Position numbers and translations under genes: made by a program. Of a DNA stretch of 64,000 bases, positions 1 through 12,834 are shown piece by piece. Source of the stretch: Octopus vulgaris (lineage: Eukaryota); the NCBI GenBank assembly GCA_951406725.2, contig OX597814.1, positions 13,268,001 to 13,332,000 of the forward strand. Reading direction: 5' to 3'. The notes below the pieces were generated by a model. It ran no database searches, had not been told where the DNA came from, and saw only the letters and a program-made list of their open reading frames with translations. Position 1 is the stretch's first letter, and each line of letters opens with the position of its first letter.

Positions 1-274
1 ATATATATATATATATATATGTCTGTATATATGTATGTTTGTATGCATGTAGATAGGTATATAATATAAAATAGATTTTGGATCACCGTGTTGAATACAG
101 AAAAACGAGACCCTAAACATGGATAGAAAGACTGTTATGTATCCCCCCACACACAAACATAACAAAAACGTGCAGATTATAACAAATACGTTAAGAAATC
201 AATAGAGTTTCTTGAAGATGGAAGAGCGCATCAGAGAGAAAAATATGAAAAGTACGAAGAGATAGGTAAGAAAA

Positions 275-1200
275 TTGAAAAGAAATGTCAGAAGGATCAT
301 AAATCAGGCCAACATAATAGCAACAATAATTATCGTATCGATGGTAAGGTATATTACAAAAGAAGATACAAGCTTACCTCATCATTTCAACGTGACATGG
401 AACAGATTCAGAACGAGATCTCATGTATTAAGAGGGATATTATTAACGAAATCAAAGTTGAGAATATCTCGTATAAATGACCTCGTATATTGTACTGCTT
501 ATCCTCAGTTGGCATGTATCGTGTTAAGACAGAGAAAAAAGGGTCAAACATATACGGCAAAATCAAAAATTTGGGAATGAAGTTAAGCTTTTCAATAAAA
601 GACTTCAAAGGGGAATAGAAGATTTTAAAGAAAAGCTTTCGTGATGTGATTTAAATGGTTACAGCTTACAAGTGAAGTAAAGCGTTATATGCACAAGTGA
701 AGCAAAGCGTTCAAAGAGATTTATAAGAAAATATAAGATAGGCAAAAAGATTGATCAGAATATGTAGAAGAGGTTTCTCAGAAATATATAACGAAGATTT
801 TTTTTTCCAAAAAAGAAAATATAAGATAAACAAAAATATTGATCAAAATATGTAGAAGAGGTTTCTCAGAAATATATAACGATGACTTTTTCCCAAGAAA
901 GTAACATTAAGAGAATGACATAATAAATATTAAATCAAAAAGGAACTCTTTGTCAGATACTTGGACTAATGAGATCCAGCACAAGAGTGACGCAAATTAT
1001 TTATAAGTTTTTGAAATGTGAATTCAAAATCGTCAAGGCAAGTGAATATAAATTTTTATGGAGAGAAAAAGTTCCTGAAAAATTATGCAGAGCTGGAAAG
1101 CTATATATCCATATATATTCGGGGATTTTAATTTTGAAATGCTGTAAAACTGCTCAGATTCGGAATGGACACCCAACATAGAAACAATAGGTAACTGTAT
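275..1200 (+). mobile_element. Decayed Penelope-like element, GIY-YIG endonuclease end
   Basis: Frameshifted motifs DLVYC...TY(I)GK (~480-570) and EFKIVKASEY...KLCRAGKLYI (~1020-1110) resemble the PLE GIY-YIG C-terminal C-x-LC-x-x-EK-x-x-I signature. Internal ~88-bp tandem duplication at 727-900. Confidence 0.5.
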
Positions 1201-1672
1201 TAATACAAAATATTGAAGAAAGGAAAGAAAAAATCGGTAATTGTACGCCTAATGGAGACTTGGAAACTGGTAACTTGTCCCAGGAACGGGAAATGCATAT
1301 TTCCAAGAACGAACAGACTGTTAACACAAGTCTAAAACTGATGCGTGGAAATAAATTGGTATTGTTACTCTGTTGTATATTAATGAAAAGGACATACATC
1401 TATCTTAAATAAACTTCAAAAAAGCATAAGATACCTCGTATGCCGGCTGGCCCTAGCCTATATTAATATTAATATGTATTGTAAAAATAATAAGAATGTA
1501 TGTTATATGTGCATACGTATCCATATATAAGTAGATATATGTGGGTATATCCTACTTTACTCATACATCAGTATAATATATTTTATTACATTCAAATTTA
1601 TCATATTGTATTATAAATTTCCGTTTTTTGAAAACAGTAAGAATGTACACATACACACACACACACACAAAA

Positions 1673-1713
<41 letters not shown>

Positions 1714-1716
<3 letters not shown>

Positions 1717-1995
1717 CAAAATGGGACAAGAACACAAATCATCCAGACATTTAGTTAACAAAAGAAAGGGACAACAAAACATCCAGATAGACGATACAAA
1801 GAAAATAAGGACGAGTCATTCGGAGTTTTCTTTCCTCAGTCGAGTTCCAGATTATCGTTGCAATTTCGGCTGTTTGGAACTCACCCGAGGAAATAAAACG
1901 TCGATTGACCCGTCCTTGTTTTCTTTGTATCGTCTATCTGGATGTTTTGTTGTCCCGTTCTTGCATCACCTAACTACCATTCTTGTACTATTTTA
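1714..1995. repeat. Fold-back (inverted repeat) element between (TA)n tracts, probably PLE pLTR-derived
   Basis: gggacaacaaaacatccagatagacgatacaaagaaaa (from 1768) is the reverse complement of ttttctttgtatcgtctatctggatgttttgttgtccc (to 1956). Inner arms are imperfectly complementary. Confidence 0.75.
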
Positions 1996-2022
1996 TATTA
2001 TGTTATATTATATATATATATA

Positions 2023-2220
2023 AAGGGATAGTTTACGAAAATAAACAAAAGACGAAGGCAGGTGGAGTACAAACAAAGAAACGTATTAGTATAGCGCTCA
2101 GGAATAGAAAAATATTTTACGTTTCGAGCCTACGCTCTTCGACAGAAAGATACACAGAAAAAACAAGGAGAGAAACAAGGAGAGAAAAAAATGCGTGTAG
2201 GAGCTAACGATCTATCATGG
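2023..2220 (-). mobile_element. PLE pLTR-like unit (family H1) with minimal hammerhead
   Basis: Homologous to 45940-46140(+), 48120-48300(-) and 63085-63250(-). Minus strand 2115-2149 reads cttt CTGTCGA a gagc gtag gctc GAAA cg TA aaa. Confidence 0.75.
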
Positions 2221-3859
2221 CGTCCTCACTTCGGACAATGGTCAGACGCAAGAGGGACAGTAGGGGAGATAACAGCGTTAAGTGACTTCTGCGTACTTAC
2301 ACTTTCGCCTCTTATATCTAACTATATATTTATCTAAAACTTGTACGACTGTATTCTCTTATTCTTTCCTTCTTTCCTTCTTCTATCAGTACATTCACGC
2401 ATAATTCGTTCATTCCACTCTTCGTTCTTTGTTTCTCCCTCTCTCACATTTCATTGCCTTGTCTTTATGTTCACTTTTCCTTCTCTTTTCACTTCACTGT
2501 GTCTCTGTCATTTTTTCTTGCCCCTCATTATTTCTTCTCTCCCTCTGCTTCTACCACTCTCTCTCACTCTCTTATCTCCCCCACGTGACCGATGTTCTGC
2601 CAAGCCTGACCTTTCTTTCTTGGTTTCGGCCGTTGTCTGCGCAACATCTATATTCTCCCCTGTGCCTGTGTATATATATATGGGCTTTTGCCCTTTTATA
2701 TTGTGAACATTACCGTCATTATTCTTCGTAGCACTACCAGCCTCCGCTCACCCCATCCCCATCCGCGGTTGCCGCTGCTACTTTTGAGCCCCGCTTTTGT
2801 TACGTTACCTTATCTCTCTGTGTTTGTGTGTTCGTCCACGCTGCTGCCATCGTGGTAGTCTTTATTGTTAACGTTGTTGCTCTTCTCATTGATGTTGGTC
2901 GCATTCTTGATGCTGTTGTAGGTGTGAAGTTACAGTATGTGCGTTTTAGTGTGTATATGTCTTCGCTCTGTATTTTGTTAGTGTCCGTGACCTTTATACT
3001 GCTTTCTTTTCTTCTTATCTATTTATCTGTTTTTTTCCTTTTTATCAGAAGTATGTGCAATATTATCTGTTGTGTGTGCATTACCCTGTTTGTACGTTTT
3101 CTCCCCTCTCTCTTTAGTCGTGTTACGTTGTGTGGTGCTGGTGGGTATTATTGTTCCATTTATGTTTCTATTGAGACACGGTCTGTCTATTTTTATGCGT
3201 AGCCTCTGTGATCTGTCTAAGTCTCATGTCAGTTCTATACGTTGATAATACCTTAACATCTATGTCATTAACCGAGCCCCTATCATCTGCTTAACCATGT
3301 TGATAGAGCACTGTCGACCATTCTCTTTGAACCTCACCAGTGATCGCCTATACGCTCCTCTATGCTGCGGCAACAGGAACTACCATATTGTCACAGCGTG
3401 GGACAAAACCCAAATACAGGGAGATACAAGAACGGAATAAAATGTCGGGATCAAAGTAGCAGCGGCAACGGGGAAGTTGATGGAGGTGAGGGGACGCTCA
3501 TGTTACTACTAAAACAACGACGATAACGATGACAACAGTATAATTGGCATAAGCTCATATACGCACATATTGCACATATGCGAAACACATAGATATAAGT
3601 ATGCACACGAACGCTCTCACACACATACATACACACAAGTGCAGACGTAAACACATGTGCATATAATGATACACGTCGTAGGGAACACACATATGGACGA
3701 AACGTGTCGCTGAAGAGGCCATAGATGTGTGACAAAAGATTTCGGAACATTGAACATGAGTTAAATTAAGAACAGTATTAAACGAATAAAGAACGAATGT
3801 ATAGTACATGTGTTTATTTGCAAAAAAAAAAATAAAATAAAAGTAACCATCTTGATATA

Positions 3860-4703
3860 CAACAATATATGTACAGGGAGCGTAGGTTTGGTCAAGATCA
3901 GAAAGTAAGCAGAAGAAATGACAGATGGCTATGTACAGACCCTAAATTTCCTGTAACTGACGTGGTGTTGGCGATTGACAGAAATGTTGTGCCTCCTCAC
4001 TTTTTTCCACAAAGTCTTCGAGTGAAGTTTGCTACCTACATAGTTGTTTTGAATATAGTGGTTAAGCCACGGATCGATAATGTACGCAACAGAAGGCCTT
4101 ACGTGTTTCAAGAAGACTTGGCACCATCACACAAGGCTACAGCAACGCGGGAATGGATGGCAGAAATTTTTATGACCACGTAACCCCAACATTTGGCATC
4201 CTAGCTCCCCAGATCTCAATCGATTAGATTACTATGTATGGAGCGTAGCTGCGAAAGAAGTTAATGAGCGCCCTCATAACACCAAAGATTCCCTAAAAGC
4301 CTTCATATTAAGAATAATGTCCAGTATGAACACACACCATTTGATCATTGGATGTAGGCAATTCAAACCTCGCATAGAAGCCTTTATTGAAGCTGATGGA
4401 TACTTTATTGAATAAAATGAAGAAACAATAAGTTTATTCGTATCCTCAAAACCATTTCTCAGTAAAAAGGCATTATTTACTCCACTGTTTCTGACATGAA
4501 ATTACCTTTTCTCATCGCATAAGATTTGTATCGTGTTATTTCTAAATTGCTATGTTCAGCCTTTATAGCGACGATAACTGCGTGCTTCTCTATTTCTTGT
4601 GTAATCATAGGATCTGCGAATGAAATATAGAAAATATTAAGTTGATAAATATGTTGCTATACTAAACATAACATATGTCCTCAAATACCTTATGCACCCT
4701 GTA
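3860..4703 (+). mobile_element. Mariner-like (DD37D/maT-type) transposon remnant
   Basis: VVKPRID...PYVFQEDLAPSH...W.PSSPDLNRLDYYVW...RIEAFIEADGYFIE*. After one frameshift repair there are 37 residues between the 2nd and 3rd D. 3' TIR-like end ...cttatgcaccctg|TA at 4703. Confidence 0.85.
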
Positions 4704-4726
4704 TAGGTGTGTGTGTGTGTATCTAT

Positions 4727-6133
4727 GCAGAGGCACGACAGAAGTAAATAAACACACTTAAAGTCATAAAAATATATTCAAATCTCAAATTATACATTCA
4801 AATTATTTATTAATTGTTACGTGGTCTCTTCAATATATATCGAGACTGTTGCCAAAGTAGCGAAGCTAAAGCATGCAGATAAAGCCGCTTAGCACACACA
4901 CGGATTAACAAAACTTTTCTGTGTGTGAGCACTAAGTCTTAACGTTCTAATTCACTTCTGGTGTTCCCATGAGTGCTTACAAGGAAGGTGTGTAGCGTGT
5001 AGAGTAAATTGTCATGGCGATATAAAGTGAATATTTAATATTTAGTACACATGCTCTTTGGAATTTTCAAAGCTTGGACCCTATTATGCACGTTACTGAT
5101 CAGAGGACGAATATTCTCTTGTGGAATTTCTTGCCAAGTTTCATGCAGTAATTTCAAACGATCTGGCTTTGAAGATGCTTTTTTGATTCTTTTTAAGAAG
5201 TGTCCTATCAATTATGTCCCAGAGATGTACAATAGGGTTCATATCTGGTGATTGGTTTAGCCTTTGGAGCTTTTCGATGCCATTCTCATCCAACAAGTTT
5301 TGGATCATTTTATCCTTACGACAAGGAGCCTCATATTCCATAAATAATGGTTCTTCTTTAATCATATAACCACTGGAGAAAGTTGCAAGGTGTATTGTGT
5401 GCAATGTGAACACATATTTATTTGAGTTTGTTTCCTTCACATTCGACCAGCTCTGGTCAACCATTACTCCAAATTGCCCCCCCCCGCCCATCACAGAATT
5501 GCTGACATGTTTCATTATTGGCTGCAATCGTTCCACATCAAATTCTTGATCAAAGAGTCTCCGGACCAACACACGGCCACTCCCAGGAAATACAGCAAAT
5601 CTGGACTCATCAGAGAATATGAGTGCTCCAAAATGCTAGTGGCCTCTCCAGCACCTCACTGGCATAGTCTTTTCTCAGCTTGATGTTGGATGGTCAAAGA
5701 TGAGACTTCCTTCTTGCTGATGTGCCATAGTAACCAAGTTTGTAGACATAACTAATTTCTGTTCTGGGACTGACGTCAACGAGGATTAGCCTCCATACTT
5801 CTCTTATCAAAGAGAAGGGCCCTGTCAGAGGGCCCTGATTGAACTGGGCGAAGTGATGTGGCCTCCTCTTCTCTAGAGAATTTCACAATAACACTATTGA
5901 GTGAAGAAAGCGGGATCCCGAGGATTCTGCATTTGTATGTTGACTATATCCACCTTCAGAATGACCCACAATACGGCCACAATTCCAAGGCCTCTTTTGT
6001 AAATGGCAGATTTAACAGCAACATTTAGAATCTGAAATATAAAAATGTTAATCAATAAAAAAAAATTAATCTTTACAAAATAAAATTAACATAATACGAT
6101 ATTTTATGACGTGTCTAATTACTTTTGTTATGT
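4727..6133 (-). mobile_element. Tc1-like DNA transposon remnant with degenerate TIRs
   Basis: ORF 5141-5572 has MKH...VM and QSPDMNPIVHLWDII (Tc1 SPDLNPIE motif). Ends cagaagtaaataaacac...gtcataaaaatat and atattttatgacgtgtctaattacttttg are inverted counterparts. Confidence 0.75.
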
Positions 6134-6168
6134 GTGTGTATATATACATATATACATAGATAAGCGCG

Positions 6169-6203
<35 letters not shown>

Positions 6204-6283
6204 TGATAGATAGATAGATAGATAGGTGCATGTATTTTATTGTATATCTTACCTTTTCTTTGTCTTTTTAAATAATGTGTATA

Positions 6284-6292
6284 TATATGCGC

Positions 6293-6338
<46 letters not shown>

Positions 6339-6792
6339 ATGTATACGTATGTGTTTATGTGTGTGTATATATATATATATACATACATACATACACATAC
6401 ACATATATATATAAATAAATAAATATATATATTGTTTTTAAAAATGGAGGTGAACACCTTTCTCCATGTAATCGGCTTAAAAATTGTTAAAATACTTGGA
6501 TATTTTGCTAATCTTCCTAACCAGAAACCAATGGTAGTCTTAATTCATAAATAAAGAAATTATTTATTTCCCACACTGTTGTTGAGTACTCATTCCAACG
6601 TTGATAATTATAATTTACATTCAACGTTCCCCTTCTTTTGTCTATTTCTCTCTGTCTGAATTTTGTACGTTTTACACCGTGGATGGATGATATTTATTAC
6701 ACAAAAAATCACCATTGTTGGTCAAGTGTAAAAATGTGACGAAACAAATGCAACGATTTAAGAAAATCCTGTGGTTCCTTCCCTTTTCTGAC

Positions 6793-6872
<80 letters not shown>

Positions 6873-6877
6873 CTCTA

Positions 6878-6914
<37 letters not shown>

Positions 6915-6993
6915 CTCTCTCTCTATCTATCAATCTGTCAATCTATCTATATATCTCTTTCTCTCGCTCTCGCTCTCTCTCTATCTATATATA

Positions 6994-7047
<54 letters not shown>

Positions 7048-7311
7048 CATACATATATATATATACATATATACATATATGTATATATATATATATATAT
7101 AAAATATATGCGCATATGTATATATATATATGTGTGTGTGTGTGTATGTATACGTATGTGTTTATGTGTGTGTATATATATATATATACATACATACATA
7201 CACATACACATATATATATAAATAAATAAATATATATATTGTTTTTAAAAATGGAGGTGAACACCTTTCTCCATGTAATCGGCTTAAAAAATTGTTAAAA
7301 TACTTGGATAT
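6284..7311. repeat. Local direct duplication of ~210 bp (6284-6502 and 7105-7311)
   Basis: The same compound microsatellite plus the unique sequence aaaatggaggtgaacacctttctccatgtaatcggcttaaaaattgttaaaatacttggata occurs twice. Confidence 0.9.
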
Positions 7312-7399
7312 ATATATATACATATATATATATATAGGTAGCTAGCTAACTATATATGTATATATATATATATATATATAACCATATATATATATATAT

Positions 7400-8520
7400 A
7401 TATCATTAACATTCAGTTGAATAACGTATTTAAGTTTATACACCAAGCCTGTCCAGTATCATCCACACAGCTCGAAGTAAGGTTAATAAAAAGCAAATAA
7501 ATAACAGAGATGTCAAGTTAGTAATGCAATACGGCCGTTTCAAGGGGGGCCATTTAATCGATCAATGAAGGCATTACAATAATTTGAACTACCACGACTT
7601 CTTGAGTTGCAAAATACAAATTTTCAACAGTCCGGTTTTTATATTATAGTTTTTAGCAAATATTTCATGAGAGCTAGAGAAGGAACGAATTCCATGTTGC
7701 TACTAATGTGGGAGAATAAGCTTAAAGAGAAACCACTACAATTTTGGAATTGCAGAAATTGAAACAAGATTGGTAATTTAGCTACAATTTTTATCTAAGC
7801 TCTTATCTAAAACCACCAGTATTAAGATATATAGAGTTGACAGTTATCTAAGCTCTTATCTAATGCAACCAGTATTAAGAGATAAGAGTTGACAGTTAAA
7901 TTCTAGATGCTGGCCATAAATTAATGGTGTTAGATATTTCCCCAAAGATTCCCTTGACCACATACAAAAACGAAAAAAACCTAATCTCAGAGGAAATCAT
8001 TTAGATAGAGGTCAATGTTCAGAAAATAGGTAGGATAGGAGTGACATAAACTCTTTTATCATCAGTTAAAGGGGGCCTACAATAGAAAATATAGAACGCT
8101 ACAATGAGATGTAAATGTGCATTAGGAGTACAGTGGAAAAAATAGGTATAATCGAAATATAGCTAAATCTATGTATTATACGTTTCGTATAATAAAAATA
8201 AAATATTTTTAATTTAGGGAGGGATATAAGGACCAGGTGAGATAATAGGGATAGATAGACCAATTTAAGCACTAAACAAGAAAATTATTTATATATAAAA
8301 CAGCTTCGTAATAATTCATCCTTGCAGAACATACAGGTGGTCATGATAAAACTATCCAAACGGTGAGCCAATATTACATGCAGAATATATCAGGGAAGGC
8401 GGTACATTTTATATAGGGATTGAAATCAAGGGATGAAAAGCCAAGAAAATAACATAAATTGTTCTAAAACAGATAATCTTATCTAAAAATTTAAGTAAAC
8501 AAAAATTAACAATTATGAAA
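7400..8520 (-). mobile_element. Highly decayed PLE (RT to GIY-YIG linker)
   Basis: Minus-strand fragments resemble the PLE thumb/linker (IxWFxPP, TxKIxY, CPLxGxC..VIY). Internal ~54-bp tandem repeat at 7790-7897. Confidence 0.4.
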
Positions 8521-8551
8521 AGCCTTAAGGTATTTATGTATATATATATAA

Positions 8552-8632
<81 letters not shown>

Positions 8633-8706
8633 CCGCGTGTGCACCGTTGGCGATTTTTCCTTCGTCTTCGCTTCTTTGGATCTTTCCTTTTCCTATGCTT
8701 CTGACG

Positions 8707-8795
<89 letters not shown>

Positions 8796-8853
8796 GTCAA
8801 TCTATCTATATATCTCTTTCTCTCTCTCTCGCTCTTTCTCTCTATATATATAC

Positions 8854-8995
8854 GTAAGTAGCTTGCTAACCAACCACATGGTTCCGGGTTCAGTCCCACT
8901 GCGTGGCATCTTGGGCATGTGTCTTCTGCTATAGCCCCGGGCCGACCAATGCCTTGTGAGTTGATTTGGTAGACGGAAACTGAAAGAAGCCTGTC

Positions 8996-9045
<50 letters not shown>

Positions 9046-9270
9046 ATGTGTGTGTTTGTGTGTCTGTGTTTGTCCCCCTAGCATTGCTTGACAACCGATG
9101 CTGGTGTGTTTACGTCCCCGTCACTTAGCGGTTCGACAAAAGAACCGATAGAATAAGCACTGGGCTTACAAAGAATAAGTCCCGGGGTCGATTTGCTCGA
9201 CTAAAGTCGGTGCTCCAGCATGGCCGCAGTCAAAGTGACTGAAACAAGTAAAAGAGGAAGAAAAGAGTAA
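8854..9270 (+). mobile_element. tRNA-derived SINE family A (internal microsatellite)
   Basis: B-box-like ggttcagtccc, internal (TA)n(TG)n, and 3' tail ggtgctccagcatggccgcagtcaaagtgactgaaacaagtaaaagag. Multiple homologues in the window. Confidence 0.85.
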
Positions 9271-9278
9271 TATATTTA

Positions 9279-9344
<66 letters not shown>

Positions 9345-9345
<1 letters not shown>

Positions 9346-9571
9346 TTTATTTTAAGCAGCAGAAAATTCAACAAAATCTGTTACTCTGAGTTTCTCGTTG
9401 CCGTTCATCAGACAGTTTTTGCTAGCAAAAACTGTCTGATGAACGGCAACGAGAAACTCAGAGTAACAGATTTTGCTGAATTTTCTGCTGCTTAAAATAA
9501 AGCATATTACTCTACCACTGGTATTTGAGTACTCTTTTTTCCACCTTGTTTCACATTTATGTGTTTACTCC

Positions 9572-9573
<2 letters not shown>
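9345..9573. mobile_element. Near-perfect 158-bp palindrome plus 3' tail (PLE inverted pLTR) in (TA)n
   Basis: 9345-9502 is palindromic about gctagc (9421-9426) with one visible mismatch. Unpaired tail at 9503-9573. (TA)n on both sides. Confidence 0.9.
9432..9469 (+). ncRNA. Minimal type I hammerhead ribozyme (mirror copy at 9378-9415 on -)
   Basis: ctgt CTGATGA a-cg-gcaa-cg-a GAA Actc-a-gagT A acag. Stem I ctgt/acag, GNRA-capped stem II, near-palindromic stem III, GUA cleavage triplet. Confidence 0.8.
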
Positions 9574-9614
<41 letters not shown>

Positions 9615-9760
9615 ATGTATATATATATATAAAGAGAGAGCGAAAGTGAGAGAAAGAGATATATAGATAGATTGACAGATTGATAGAGCGTCCAATGACA
9701 CTATACTTGTTCCACGTCCTCGCCCTGTTGTGTTTTCTCTTTGTGTTTTCATGTTTAAAT

Positions 9761-9805
<45 letters not shown>

Positions 9806-10070
9806 ATATAAAGAATATATTATATTATCATCATAAAGTGCAATAAAAAACTGAAAAAAAACTCCAGAAGTGTATGTACTGTATTGCCTTATATCTGGCA
9901 TGATTACTTGCGGAGAGAAGTTGTAACACACCCCACAAATCAGAGAATACTACACTAGTATCACGCGGTAATGAGGAATGCAAAATATAAAATTGAACAA
10001 TAGAAATAATGTAAACTACACGAATAAATAAAATATACAACACCAATATATATATATATATATATATATA

Positions 10071-10467
10071 CTAGCAGTATCGCCCGGCGTTGCTAGGGTT
10101 TGTAAGGGAAATAACTATACAAGCATTTTTAGAGAGTTATAGCCAAAAAATAGCAAAAAAATGCATTAATAATGGAAAACAAATGATGGTAATTTTTTTT
10201 TTAAATCGTTGACTCATCGTAGACATTTTTAGAGAGTTACTTCCCTTATATAATAGCGAGAAAATGCATTAAAATGGAAAAAAGTGATGGTAATTTTTTT
10301 TAAAATCGTAGACTCATCGTAGACGCGCGCTAATACCCAGAAGGGCTCGATATGAATCACGACTATAAGATACCCGGTTTTGGTTAAACTGCACCGCAAA
10401 ACGTGGGAGTAGTTAGGAATCTAAATCGTAGGAGACAGACTCACAACTTGACTTTTATATATAAAGA
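10071..10467 (-). mobile_element. Non-autonomous Helitron
   Basis: Minus strand begins TC(tttatatata) and ends with the GC hairpin ccctagcaacgccgggcg followed by CTAG, between A and T. Internal ~100-bp tandem duplication. Confidence 0.8.
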
Positions 10468-10806
10468 TGAAAGTTAAAGAAGAATCGAAAAGTACATGAC
10501 GCCTGTTTTAGCAATCAACGAGGAAAGATTTAATAGGACGGATGACATCGGCAGGATTTCACCTCGAAATTGTAAAGCAAAAACAATAACCGAAAGAAAT
10601 TTGTCCGACACTCCCAACAACTGTTAATATAGCTTATCGAAATACAATATTGAAGTAACGGAAAACAAAACATGTATATTGATATCGGAAGCAGAAGTCA
10701 CCTCTACCTAATGATAATAGCATTGGCATTGCTACTCAAATGGATGCTGACAAATATATATCCAAATTTAGAGAACTCACATACATACAGTAATAAACAT
10801 TGTTCA

Positions 10807-10843
<37 letters not shown>

Positions 10844-10979
10844 GATGGTTTCACATATATACGCAACGTATATATAACAAATATGATAACGAAAAATGAG
10901 AATATCATCATCAACCATAATAATAATAATGATAGTAATAATAATAATAATTACACTTATGTGGATGATGATGAGGTTG

Positions 10980-11018
10980 ATACTACTATTGTTGCTACTA
11001 CCACTACTACTGCTACTG

Positions 11019-11101
<83 letters not shown>

Positions 11102-11135
11102 CCTGCTGCTGCTGCTACCACTTCTACTACTACTG

Positions 11136-11168
<33 letters not shown>

Positions 11169-11269
11169 TTACTACTGCTGCTGCTGCTGCTTCTGCTGCC
11201 GCTGCTACCACTTCTACTACTACTGCTACTACTACAGCCACCACCGTCACCACCACCACCAACAACACG

Positions 11270-11311
<42 letters not shown>

Positions 11312-11380
11312 GCTGCTGCTGCTTCTGCTGCCGCTGCTACTACCACTACTACTACCGCCACCACCACCACCACCACCACC
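10980..11380. repeat. Compound trinucleotide array (ACT/GCT/ACC) with higher-order repeats
   Basis: The block (act)n(gct)n-(t/c)ct-gct..gctaccac recurs three times. Confidence 0.95.
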
Positions 11381-11384
11381 TTAC

Positions 11385-11780
11385 ATCTAAAACTCCATTC
11401 TATTTCACCACTAACCCTAAAGTGCAGGGCGTTCCCTGGAAAGTTTCGGTCGGGGCATAGTTGGCAACTAGCCTGAAAATATTTCCTTCGCTGCCTGTCA
11501 CGCACAGGACAACACGATTTACCTTCCGAATCCAGAAAGATCATCCGTATTGCAAGAACCAGATCTTTCCGAACAATCACGGTGTCTCTACCTCCCACTC
11601 CTGGACGTACACCTCATAGTCACCGAAAATTTGTTGGAAGTCCCGCGAGACGGAATTTCTGATTTCACTAATGGCCAAAGCGTCGACATTCAGTTCCCTG
11701 AGGTCGTTGAGCAGATGACCCCGTTTCCAAGGCGACCTCAAGCCACGTACATCCATGCTGCCAATTCTGTGCACGACAAT
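11385..11780 (-). mobile_element. LINE (Tx1/L1-like) APE endonuclease N-terminal fragment
   Basis: RIGSMDVRGLRS...LLNDL...DALAISE (the NVRGL and QET-like APE motifs), then in a shifted frame GG..VIVRK..IFLDSEGK. Confidence 0.75.
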
Positions 11781-12834
11781 GTTGTAGGAAAAAGAAAAGA
11801 AAAGAAAAAGAAAACTTGTTTGGTTTTGTTTAGAGGGGCGAATTGTCCGTCATTCCTGTTGACTTGGGGTGTTTCCAGCAGCAAGTCACCAGGAATTTTC
11901 TTGGTGATATTCCCTCGAAAATCTCCGATATCCTGTGCGAATTGGAGTTTTAAATGTGTGTATATGTTGTGTTCTTTTAACGATTTTATATGTGAGCAGG
12001 TAGGGAGATTGTTGCTATAAAAGATCTAGTGTTTGTGTGAGTTATGATGTACCTTTTGTACTTATTGCCATGTAGTTTGTAATGCTAGTGTATTTGTGTC
12101 TTTTGTTGTCGTTGCTGTTGTTGTTGTTGATGTGTTGTTGTTGTAGTTGTAGTTGTTGTTGTCGTTGCGATGTTGGTTGTGGTTGTGATTGTAGTAGTTC
12201 TGTTGGTTGTTGTTGTGGTGATGGTTGAGGTTGGACCGTTATTTGTGTAGGGAAGAGAGGGCCCATCTCTCTTTTTCCTTCAATCTAGGGTAGAGTAATT
12301 TTAAATGATCAGTGGAAAAGCAAATGTGGTCCTTTGCTTTCCTACGATCCAACATGACTGGAATAATGCTGCCCCCAGAAAGATGGATCTAGTCTGGCAT
12401 GAGATCCACATCCTCTTAGATCGTTTGAATGAAGAATTCTATCATCCACCCAATGCATTTCTTCTTTTTGGTCTGATAGGCTTCAAGTTTTCCTAGATGC
12501 CTATCGCTACTGCAGCAATTAGCAAAGGAATGGCTATTTCTTGCGGCACCTATTGAATCATAATATTGGCCAGTCATTGGCCTCAGTAGAAAGGAACCAA
12601 CAGCTCCTCGCTTTTGAGGAGATTCAGAGAGTGAGGCTTAGCTTCCTCACGAGTGCGGAATTTGACCTCTACCACTCCAGAGGCTCCTTCTCTTTATATA
12701 TTCCTTTAGATTCCAGTCGAAACCTAACGCCTTGTGTATTTGAGTCACTGTGGATCATTCAATGCTCCTTGATTTTAATCCGATTGTACGGTACTTCACT
12801 GTGTGACGTATCTTATCCTAGATAGTCTCAAACA

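Noticed and set aside
9345-9502. MITE or miRNA precursor interpretation of the palindromes
   Set aside because: One-sided tails, embedded hammerhead cores and (TA)n context fit PLE inverted pLTRs better. There is no small-RNA evidence available here.
10841-11598. Long ORFs of 164-213 aa (poly-Thr/Ala, poly-Leu, poly-Val)
   Set aside because: They are translations of a triplet microsatellite that is open in several frames on both strands. The unique ends belong to a LINE fragment.
11790-12830. Possible LINE ORF1 remnants upstream of the APE fragment
   Set aside because: No diagnostic motif could be read with confidence.
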